A DNA stretch of 38,099 nt, taken from NCBI GenBank assembly GCA_964546445.1, contig CAZJJY010000002.1, positions 1-38,099 of the forward strand, read 5' to 3'. Source of the stretch: an uncultured Gammaproteobacteria bacterium. Lineage in GTDB: Bacteria; Patescibacteriota; Microgenomatia; PFEM01; JAPLYW01. A program made the translations under genes and the position numbers. The notes under the pieces are model-generated. The model worked only from the letters and a program-made list of their open reading frames with translations, ran no database searches and was not told the origin of the DNA. Positions 17,856 through 24,790 of the stretch are shown here, in pieces. Positions within the stretch are counted from its first letter, which is position 1; each line of letters opens with the position of its first letter.

Positions 17856-18206
17856 ATGCAAGATGAAATTGATTATTACAAATCTCTTAATGGCAGAAAG
17901 TATGCCAAAGAGTTTTTGGACGGAATTTTTTCGTCGCATAAGCAATTATGGATTCAAATAAATACTATTTTAAAACATATCAGGAACAGGCAAAACAGGA
18001 AACGTCCGTTTACCGCCTCACTGGGTAACGGTTTATTTGAAGAAAGGGCAAGGTCTAATACATTACAAGCTAGAATAAATTTTTGCTATGATAAAGACGG
18101 AATAAAATTACTGAATGGTTATCTTAAAAATGATAGAAGAAGTATGAATAGTGGAATAGCTTTTGGAAGAAAATTATTAAAGGAAAAAAATAAAAAGGAA
18201 AAATAA
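17856..18206 (+). CDS. Gp49-like / HigB-like toxin (RelE/ParE superfamily)
   Basis: EIDYYKSLNGRKYAKEFLDGI...LGNGLFEERARSNTLQARINFCYDKDGIKLLNGYLKN...GIAFGRKLLKE follows the phage Gp49-like addiction-toxin pattern (I.YY...V..FL..L...L..GLyELR...aRI.F....i.LLhGf.K...I..A). Confidence 0.7.
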   Translation: MQDEIDYYKSLNGRKYAKEFLDGIFSSHKQLWIQINTILKHIRNRQNRKRPFTASLGNGLFEERARSNTLQARINFCYDKDGIKLLNGYLKNDRRSMNSGIAFGRKLLKEKNKKEK

Positions 18207-18208
18207 AA

Positions 18209-18631
18209 ATGAAAAATAGTTATTATAAAGATATCTCTAAAAAGGTTTCAAGCGATTCAAGTTTAAAAAAAGAACTAAAAGATGCAGAAAAAGCTGTTGC
18301 CATTGCTCAACAATTATATAATTTAAGAAAAAATAAAGGCTTAACTCAAACACAATTCGCTAAACTTATTGGTGTTAGTCAACCAAATATAGCTAGATTA
18401 GAAAGTGGAGATTATAAAAGTTATTCTCTGAGGACTCTTAACAAAGCTGCTGATGCTCTAGATTCTAATGTTGAAGTTAGAATTACACCTAAAGAAACCA
18501 AAACATATAAACAAGTTTGGGATATTCCTTCAGTTAAGATTTCTTTAGAAAAAACGGTTAAAAAAACGGATACTAAAGACGTGTCTAAAAATTTTAAAAT
18601 ATCTGGTTTTTTAGAAAATTACGCAATATGA
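18209..18631 (+). CDS. XRE-family HTH antitoxin-like protein with a C-terminal extension of about 50 aa
   Basis: The HTH is LRKNKGLTQTQFAKLIGVSQPNIARLESG. The gene starts 2 nt after the toxin stop. Residues from about 92 to 140 lie beyond the HTH domain. Confidence 0.75.
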   Translation: MKNSYYKDISKKVSSDSSLKKELKDAEKAVAIAQQLYNLRKNKGLTQTQFAKLIGVSQPNIARLESGDYKSYSLRTLNKAADALDSNVEVRITPKETKTYKQVWDIPSVKISLEKTVKKTDTKDVSKNFKISGFLENYAI

Positions 18632-19110
18632 AAATAAAACACATATGGTCAGTTTTATGTAAGGAAAGTGTAATCAATCAAGATGATAACACTATCTCTT
18701 TACATGGAATATTAGAGAAACTCAGCTCAACACTAAAACCAATAAATAATCCAAAAACAACTGATTTAAAAAAACAAAAAAAGATTGTATTTCCTATCAG
18801 TTATGAAATAGTAAGTTTTTGGACTAAGGAATTAAGTAAAGAAATAAATCTTAATATTAGTATCAAATTGATTGACCCCAAAGGAAATATATTAGAAAAG
18901 ATAATAAATGAAGCAAAATTTCCAAAAGAAAGTAAAAGATTAAGAACTAGATTAAAAGTGCAAGGTCTTCCAGTATCAGAAAATGGTATGTATTTATTTA
19001 AAGTATCTGTTAAATCAGAGAAAGAAAAAAAATATACTATTGTGTCAGAAATCCCATTAGAAGTGCAGTATAAAATTATTCCTGATAATAAAAATACTCC
19101 GCCTAATTAA
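18628..19110 (+). CDS. Uncharacterised 160-aa protein, third cassette gene
   Basis: ATGA overlap with the antitoxin stop. No signal peptide, TM segment or catalytic motif is visible. The alternating hydrophobic pattern suggests a beta-rich fold. It loosely recalls small DUF-type proteins (possibly DUF6941), unverified. Confidence 0.6.
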   Translation: MKIKHIWSVLCKESVINQDDNTISLHGILEKLSSTLKPINNPKTTDLKKQKKIVFPISYEIVSFWTKELSKEINLNISIKLIDPKGNILEKIINEAKFPKESKRLRTRLKVQGLPVSENGMYLFKVSVKSEKEKKYTIVSEIPLEVQYKIIPDNKNTPPN

Positions 19111-19196
19111 TTAGATATAAGAATAAGTAAATAACTTATAACTAAAAACGGGAATTAAAAGTAGTTTAAAAAATCAAAGAATGGGGTACAATCTGG

Positions 19197-19272
19197 TTTC
19201 CAAAACACCAGAAATCTTTTCAGAATCTGCCTCATTCATCTGACAGCCAAAAGTCTTAACAAAGTATTTCAT
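19197..19272 (-). pseudogene. Orphan 5' fragment of a MiaB-like gene
   Basis: Reads [25 protein letters not shown], identical in protein to codons 1-25 of the intact gene. It then diverges and stops within 8 codons. Confidence 0.75.
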
Positions 19273-19315
19273 AACCTATATTTTAACCTATTTTTGAGGC
19301 TAAAGTAAGAAGAAA
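19197..19315. repeat. Direct repeat, right copy
   Basis: Matches 17526-17644, with 9 substitutions and no gaps. Confidence 0.85.
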
Positions 19316-19350
19316 CTCTAAGCTTTAATAAAAATAATATAATTAAGATC

Positions 19351-19991
19351 ATGGATGAAAAAAATAACTCTTCCGGACTTAAATTTCACCAACTATCTGA
19401 AGAAGCGAGAGAAAAAGACAATCATCTCGAGGCTTTAAAATTTATTGAAGAGGCCATCTTTAATTACCAGAAAGAAAAAGATTATTCTAGTCTTGTTAAA
19501 GCTATGCTATTTTAGCTCAAAAAGATTCCGAAGCAAGTCTTTCTATTGCTGAAAAATATAATCTTACAGAAATAATTGGTTCTTCTTATTTTAATCTTGG
19601 TAAGACAGCCATGCTTTTCAAGAGCTATAAAGAGGCTATAAAACAATATGAATTAGCCATTGAAAAATATCATGGAACTAATACAGAAAAGGGAGATTAT
19701 TATTATCATTTAGGCGAAGCCTTCTTTAAAGACAATCAAAAAGAAAAAGGTAAAGAAACAATACTCAAGGGATTAAAACAAATAGAAGATTATGCTGACG
19801 AAGTTGATCCATTCCTTGTACATGTATGGTCTTCAGGCTGTCATATATATTTAGCAAAACTATTAAAAGAAGATAACCCTCAAGAAGCAAAAGAAAGTTT
19901 TGATAAAGCAAAAGCAATTATTGACTCCGACGATAAACTTATTATTCGTAAAAGACAAATAAAAGAATTGGCTAAAGATTTTGAACAATAA
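19351..19991 (+). pseudogene. TPR-like helical-repeat protein, interrupted by a frameshift near 19500-19512
   Basis: Frame A (ATG 19351) stops at TAG 19513-19515. Frame B is open from 19500 and runs to 19991. The joined product of about 210 aa has repeated A-x-x-Y/F...G...A TPR-like helices. The pattern is consistent with a 1-nt deletion. Confidence 0.6.
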
Positions 19992-20527
19992 AAAAGGTTA
20001 TTGTTTCATAAAAAAAGAAGTATACAATAAAAATTAGTACATGAACAAGTGAGCAAGAAAAAATAAGCAAATGCGCTTATATAAAACTTTCTTAAAATAA
20101 TACTGAGAGAAAGGATATAATTGACTCGCCAAATCATTGAATGAATCATCACGCTAAAAAAGGAGGCACTTATGCGCTCGACAAGAGGATTTAACCAAAC
20201 TAAAACGCAGATGGAGGACAAAAGCTAAAACCGACAAGAGAACTAGGTTTTAACACTAAGGTTTCAACGAAGAAAGGAATGATGTTTATGAAAGTAATGG
20301 GTAGTGGTTTCAAGGATATTGATGTATTGGTAGCAAGAAGCAGTCGTAGTTAAGGTAAACAATATAAGCCCTTAACACTATATTTCTCAGGCGGGAGTAG
20401 GCTATCTTTAAAGGCTATATAGCAAATATAGATACCATAAACAAAGACCCTACTCCTCCCCTCAACACAATTCCAAATATTTAAATAAATTAAAATAGAA
20501 AAACTTTAAAAACTTTTTAGAGGTATT

Positions 20528-20800
20528 TTATCGTACGGATTTTTTTAAGGGTTTTCCTGGAGAAAAACGAGGGGCACGATGTCCTTTGACCATTCTCTTT
20601 TCACCGCTACCAGGAATAATGACAGGTTTATCTTTAACTTTCACAACTCTGAAAGTCCCAAATCCAGATAAAACTACTTTTTCCCCTTTAGCTAAAGATT
20701 TAGAAACTTCAGATAGAAAAACATCAATGACTTCTTCAGCAGCTTTTTTAGTAGAATGGGCTTTACTAGCAACAAGATTAATTAAGTCTTTTTTAGTCAT
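20528..20800 (-). CDS. hup: DNA-binding protein HU
   Basis: MTKKDLINLVA...GFGTFRVVKVKDK...PRFSPGKPLK. Classic HU/IHF fold signature, 90 aa. Confidence 0.9.
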   Translation of the reverse strand: MTKKDLINLVASKAHSTKKAAEEVIDVFLSEVSKSLAKGEKVVLSGFGTFRVVKVKDKPVIIPGSGEKRMVKGHRAPRFSPGKPLKKSVR

Positions 20801-20837
20801 AGGGAGATTCTACTACAAATAGTATAAATTGTCAAAG

Positions 20838-22238
20838 CTATTTAGCCTTGGTAACATCAGAAGCCCGTAGCTCTCTAATACAGGTTACTTTGATCTGTCC
20901 AGCATAAGAAGCCTTCTCTTCTAATGACTTGGTGATCTTATCAGCTAAGACCGTTAACTCATCGTCAGAGACCTCTTCTGGCTTAACCATGACCCTAACA
21001 TCTCGACCGGCTTGATAAGCAAAAGCTTCTTTAACCCCTGGGAAATCAGAAGCAATGTCTTCAATCTGAGACATATGTTCTATATATTCCTCATGAGGCT
21101 CATACCTTGCTCCAGGTCTTGCTCCAGAAGCAGCATCAGCTATCCAAACACAACGAGATTCTGCTGAAGAGAAATCTTTGTCTTCATGATGTTCAGCAAC
21201 ACAAGCTACTACTTCTTCAGGTAGTCTGTATTTCCTGACCAAGTTAACCCCTAAATCGACATGGGTTCCCTCTTCTTCATTAATAACTTTTCCAATGTCA
21301 TGAAGTAAACAACCTAATCTGACAATATTAATATCAGCTCCTACTTCATGCGCAAGCTGAATACCAATCTTTGTTTCTTCTAACGTATGAACAATCATGT
21401 TCTGTCCATAAGAAAAACGGAATTTGAAACGACCTAAGAGTTTAATTAAATCAGGATGAAGTCTGTAAACCTTGACGGCATGACAAAGTTTTTCTCCTTC
21501 TTCGAACATGATCTTATCAACTTCTTTTTTCGTCTTTTCAACTACTTCTTCAATACGAGAAGGTTGAATACGTCTGTCTTTAACTAATTTCTCAATAGAA
21601 CGACGAGCAATTTCCCTTCTAACTGAGTCAAAAGAAGAGAGACGAATATCATTTGTTTCGTCTATTTCTATTTCTACTCCAGTTGCTCTTTCAAAGGTCC
21701 GAATATTTCTTCCTTCTCGACCAATAATTCTTCCTTTCATATCTTCATCAGGAAGATGAATACTAGAAACAGTATATTCAGCAACCCAATCGGTTGCTCC
21801 ATGTTGAATAGCTTCGACAAATAACTCTTTAGCTTTTTCATCAACAATGGCCTTAACCTCATCTTTTCCTTCTTTAATACGACGAGCAACATCATCAGCA
21901 ATCTTTTTCTCCATGGCTGATAAGATTAAATCACGAGCTTCTTTTTTAGTTAAAGAAGAAATCTTTTCTAATTTAGAAACTTCTTTCTTTTTAATATCTT
22001 CAACTTCTTTTTGAAGTTTATCTAAATCTCCTTCTTTGTTATTTAAAAGTCTTTCTCTTTCTTTTAAAGCCCCTTCTTGACGTTCTAATTCAGCCGCCCT
22101 TAAAACCACCTGTTGGGCGATTGATTTTTCAGAAGATGTTTTTCTGGCTGTTTTCCCTTTAGCTTTTGTTTGTTTTCCTCCAGCTTTATTTTTTTCTTCT
22201 CTAATAGGTTTAGTAAGTAATGTATCAAAAATTCCCAT
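20838..22238 (-). CDS. rny: Ribonuclease Y
   Basis: Coiled-coil region, KH domain GRIIGREGRNIRTFERATGVEI, and HD domain LLHDIGK...HHED. The N-terminus is Lys-rich with no TM helix. Confidence 0.9.
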   Translation of the reverse strand: MGIFDTLLTKPIREEKNKAGGKQTKAKGKTARKTSSEKSIAQQVVLRAAELERQEGALKERERLLNNKEGDLDKLQKEVEDIKKKEVSKLEKISSLTKKEARDLILSAMEKKIADDVARRIKEGKDEVKAIVDEKAKELFVEAIQHGATDWVAEYTVSSIHLPDEDMKGRIIGREGRNIRTFERATGVEIEIDETNDIRLSSFDSVRREIARRSIEKLVKDRRIQPSRIEEVVEKTKKEVDKIMFEEGEKLCHAVKVYRLHPDLIKLLGRFKFRFSYGQNMIVHTLEETKIGIQLAHEVGADINIVRLGCLLHDIGKVINEEEGTHVDLGVNLVRKYRLPEEVVACVAEHHEDKDFSSAESRCVWIADAASGARPGARYEPHEEYIEHMSQIEDIASDFPGVKEAFAYQAGRDVRVMVKPEEVSDDELTVLADKITKSLEEKASYAGQIKVTCIRELRASDVTKAK

Positions 22239-22411
22239 AATAATATCCTTTCTAAAATAAAATAATCAAACTTTAATGTCTTAATAAGGAAAGCAATACC
22301 AAACCAGAAAGATTAACGAATCTTTTTAAGTAGTTTTTTGCAGATAGCTATAATTTTTTTCATCTCAAAAATAAACCAATATTCCTTAAAGACATTAATA
22401 CAGTAGTCATT

Positions 22412-22891
22412 TTACTTCTTTTTGATCTTTTCATCAAGTATTTTCTTAACTGTTTCGTAAGAAAAGCCTCTTCTTAATAAGAAATTACCCATCTTTTGCC
22501 TTTTCTTAAAAAAAGGCAAATTAGCTAAAGCTCTTTCCTTTTTTAAAAATATCTTCTTTGCTAAAGGGACTTCTTTTATCTTTCCTTTAACCATTTCATC
22601 CAATAGTTCTTTAGCAATACCTTTGTTTAATAACTCCATGATTAACAATCTCTCCCCCCGCGGACGGAAAGTAGATCTTTGATCTAACCACCACTTTACA
22701 AAATCTTTATCGTTGATTAAATTTAAAGTTCGAAGTTCAACTAAAACTTTTTCTCGAAGTTCTTCATCTTTAGGTCTTTTTTTAAAAAGATAGTCTTTGA
22801 TTTCTTTTTCGCTACGGGGTCGAGAAGATAAAAAACGTGTTGCTTTATCTAAAAGTCTTTGAAAATTTATAATTGCTTTTCCTTTTTCCAA
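22412..22891 (-). CDS. recX: Recombination regulator RecX
   Basis: 159-aa basic helical-repeat protein. It overlaps the 3' end of recA by 25 nt. RecX-like N-terminus ([19 protein letters not shown]). Confidence 0.75.
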   Translation of the reverse strand: MEKGKAIINFQRLLDKATRFLSSRPRSEKEIKDYLFKKRPKDEELREKVLVELRTLNLINDKDFVKWWLDQRSTFRPRGERLLIMELLNKGIAKELLDEMVKGKIKEVPLAKKIFLKKERALANLPFFKKRQKMGNFLLRRGFSYETVKKILDEKIKKK

Positions 22892-23862
22892 ATTTCTGCC
22901 TCAATTTGCTTACTTAACTTAGGATTCTCTTCTAAAAATATACGAGCGGCTTCTTTACCTTGAGCGGTCATCTGTTTTCCATATTTATAAAAAGCACCCG
23001 ATTTTTCAACAATCCCTAATTCTACACCCTTATTAATAATATCTGCCTCTCTAGAAATACCAGCATTATTAAGAATATCAAATTCAGCTACTCTAAAAGG
23101 TGGAGCCATTTTGTTTTTCTTAATCCTAACTCGATGGCGAGAACCAATTGCTAATTCTCCATCTTTGATAACTTCTATCTTTCTAATATCTAATCTCATC
23201 GAACAATAAAATTTCAAAGCTAAACCACCAGGAGTTGTTTCTGGGTTACCAAACATGACACCAATTTTATGGCGTAATTGATTGGTAAAGAGAACAACTG
23301 TTTTTGATTTAGAAATAGCCCCTGTTAATTTACGCAAAGCCTGAGACATTAATCTGGCCTGTACTCCAATCATTGAATCTCCCATTTCGCCTTCTATTTC
23401 TGCTCTAGGGACTAAAGCGGCGACAGAATCAACAACAATTATATCAATTCCTCCAGATCTAACTAAAGTCTCAACAATTTCTAAAGCTTGTTCTCCTGTA
23501 TCTGGTTGAGAAATTAAAAGCTCATCTAAATTAACTCCCAAAACCTCAGCCCATGTTGGGTCTAAAGCATGTTCGGCATCGATAAAAGCGGCGACTCCGC
23601 CAGCTTTTTGCGCTTGGGCAATAACACTTAAAGCAACAGAAGTTTTTCCAGAAGCTTCGGGACCGAATACTTCAACAACTCTTCCACGAGGAAAACCACC
23701 AACTCCTAAAGCAATATCTAAAGAAATAGAACCAGAAGAAATAACATCAACTTTCTTAACCGCACCCTTTTCTCCCATCTTCATAATAGAACCCTTACCA
23801 TACTGTTTTTCTATCTGTTCCATGGCAATTTTTACTGCTTGTTTTTTCTGATCTTGGCTCAT
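22867..23862 (-). CDS. recA: Recombinase A
   Basis: [12 protein letters not shown], Walker [18 protein letters not shown], and L1/L2 loops. Start set at ATG 23862 (MSQDQKK...) because the longer track ORF adds 13 non-conserved residues. Confidence 0.95.
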   Translation of the reverse strand: MSQDQKKQAVKIAMEQIEKQYGKGSIMKMGEKGAVKKVDVISSGSISLDIALGVGGFPRGRVVEVFGPEASGKTSVALSVIAQAQKAGGVAAFIDAEHALDPTWAEVLGVNLDELLISQPDTGEQALEIVETLVRSGGIDIIVVDSVAALVPRAEIEGEMGDSMIGVQARLMSQALRKLTGAISKSKTVVLFTNQLRHKIGVMFGNPETTPGGLALKFYCSMRLDIRKIEVIKDGELAIGSRHRVRIKKNKMAPPFRVAEFDILNNAGISREADIINKGVELGIVEKSGAFYKYGKQMTAQGKEAARIFLEENPKLSKQIEAEIWKKEKQL

Positions 23863-23925
23863 AGTGAATGTAATTTTGGCATAAAGCATACCAAAAAACA
23901 AGAGATAAATTTAAAATAATAAGAA

Positions 23926-24336
23926 TTAACGTTTTGGAGATTGTTTCTTTGCTCTAGCTCGACCACCTCGGCCAACTTTTCTTCTTTCTCTGGCTCTTGG
24001 GTCTCTAGTAAGAAGTTTATGTTTCTTTAAAATATCATGATAGACTTCTCTGTTTTCTTTATCTAAAGCTCTAGCTACTCCATGAATAATAGCACCTAGT
24101 TGAGCACTCTTACCTGATCCTTTTACTCTCACCGTAATATAATATTTTCCTTCTTTATCAGTTACTCTAAAAGGTTTTGAATAAAAGAACTCTTCCTGTT
24201 TTGAAGGGAAGTATTCATTAATTGGTTTATCATTAACAATTGATTTTCCTTTGCCTTTAAAAAGACGAACTCTAGCAACAGCCTCTTTTCTTCTTCCTAC
24301 AGTATAAATATAGTCTTTCTTTTTTTTAGTTGCCAT
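23926..24336 (-). CDS. rpsI: 30S ribosomal protein S9
   Basis: GRRKEAVARVRL...GGG.SGQ-like KGSGKSAQLGAI...RDPRARERRKVG...KR terminus. Confidence 0.95.
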   Translation of the reverse strand: MATKKKKDYIYTVGRRKEAVARVRLFKGKGKSIVNDKPINEYFPSKQEEFFYSKPFRVTDKEGKYYITVRVKGSGKSAQLGAIIHGVARALDKENREVYHDILKKHKLLTRDPRARERRKVGRGGRARAKKQSPKR

Positions 24337-24338
24337 TT

Positions 24339-24788
24339 TTATTTAGTTTCCTTTTCTTTCTTTGTTTGTCCTTTTAATTTATCTTCATAAATATGTTTAT
24401 CATCAACAAAGATTTTTAATCTCGACATTCTTGGATCTCTTAATTTATTCTTTGGGAGCATCCCCTTAACAGCATGTTGAATAATTTTTCTTGGATCTTT
24501 ATCCATTTGCTGTTCAAAAGTTAATTCTTTAAATCCTCCAGGATAACCTGAATGCCTTCGGTAAAGTTTTCCTCTTTCTTTATTTCCACTGATCTTGACT
24601 TTTTTAGCATTGATGACAATAACATAATCACCACAGTCTAAATAGTTAACAAAATAAGTTTTTGTCTTACCCATTAAAAGATTGGCTACTTTAACGGATA
24701 ATCTTCCCAATATCTCACCCTTAGCGTCTAAAAGATGCCATTCTCTTCTAATATCCTTGGCTTTGGTTGTTCTTGTCTTGAAAGTCAT
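24339..24788 (-). CDS. rplM: 50S ribosomal protein L13
   Basis: REWHLLDAKGEILGRLSVKVANLLMGK, and YRRHSGYPGG. Confidence 0.95.
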   Translation of the reverse strand: MTFKTRTTKAKDIRREWHLLDAKGEILGRLSVKVANLLMGKTKTYFVNYLDCGDYVIVINAKKVKISGNKERGKLYRRHSGYPGGFKELTFEQQMDKDPRKIIQHAVKGMLPKNKLRDPRMSRLKIFVDDKHIYEDKLKGQTKKEKETK

Positions 24789-24790
24789 AA

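Larger units (their letters stand above)
17526..19315. mobile_element. Putative decayed integrative island / inserted cassette bounded by 119-bp direct repeats
   Basis: attL/attR-like repeats duplicate a gene 5' end. An integrase remnant lies immediately inside the left repeat, with TA-like cargo. This is the only place in the window where housekeeping synteny breaks. Confidence 0.55.

Noticed and set aside
19984-20005. AACAATAA-aaaagg-TTATTGTT hairpin overlapping the TPR-like gene stop, as a possible terminator.
   Set aside because: The stem is almost entirely A-T pairs and there is no T-run beyond one extra T. It is too weak to annotate as a terminator.
20006-20221. 71-aa minus-strand ORF in the hup-TPR spacer (MSSICVLVWLNPLV...).
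   Set aside because: Its first codon is TTG rather than ATG, and no SD lies upstream. Its composition is that of a translated AT-rich spacer (Phe/Leu/Ile/Ser/Cys-rich). It crosses the region where the opposite strand has a perfect SD plus mini-ORF. I treat it as spurious, although a small hydrophobic toxin cannot be fully excluded.
20195-20265. CTAAAAC / GTTTTAG-type words reminiscent of CRISPR repeat ends or tracrRNA.
   Set aside because: There is no repeated unit of constant length, no spacer periodicity and no cas genes in the window.
19992-20527. Possible tmRNA, 5S rRNA or SRP RNA in the 536-bp spacer. The cues were GGGTAGTGGTTTCAAGG, GGGAGTAGG and GAAGCAGTCG, which resemble pieces of those RNAs.
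   Set aside because: There is no T-arm (GGTTCGAATCC-like) or 3' strand complementary to a 5' acceptor. There is no Ala-rich tag ORF ending in LAA. The 5S-like words are about 100 nt apart rather than about 25 nt. There is no GGAA/AGCA helix-8 geometry for SRP. The resemblance is limited to short words.
22345-22355. TAGCTATAAT, a -10-like box on the + strand in the recX-rny spacer.
   Set aside because: There is no + strand gene downstream, since it would read antisense into recX. Such hexamers occur by chance in AT-rich spacers.
22867-23901. Long N-terminal extensions suggested by maximal ORFs: recA to 23901, L22 to 36177, L6 to 32385, L5 to 33499, L2 to 37163, L17 to 25249 and uppP to 11856.
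   Set aside because: The extra residues are not conserved in these families. They overlap the preceding gene, or begin at a non-ATG codon in the one case I checked (uppP, TTG at 11856). Internal ATGs restore canonical N-termini and tight operon spacing.
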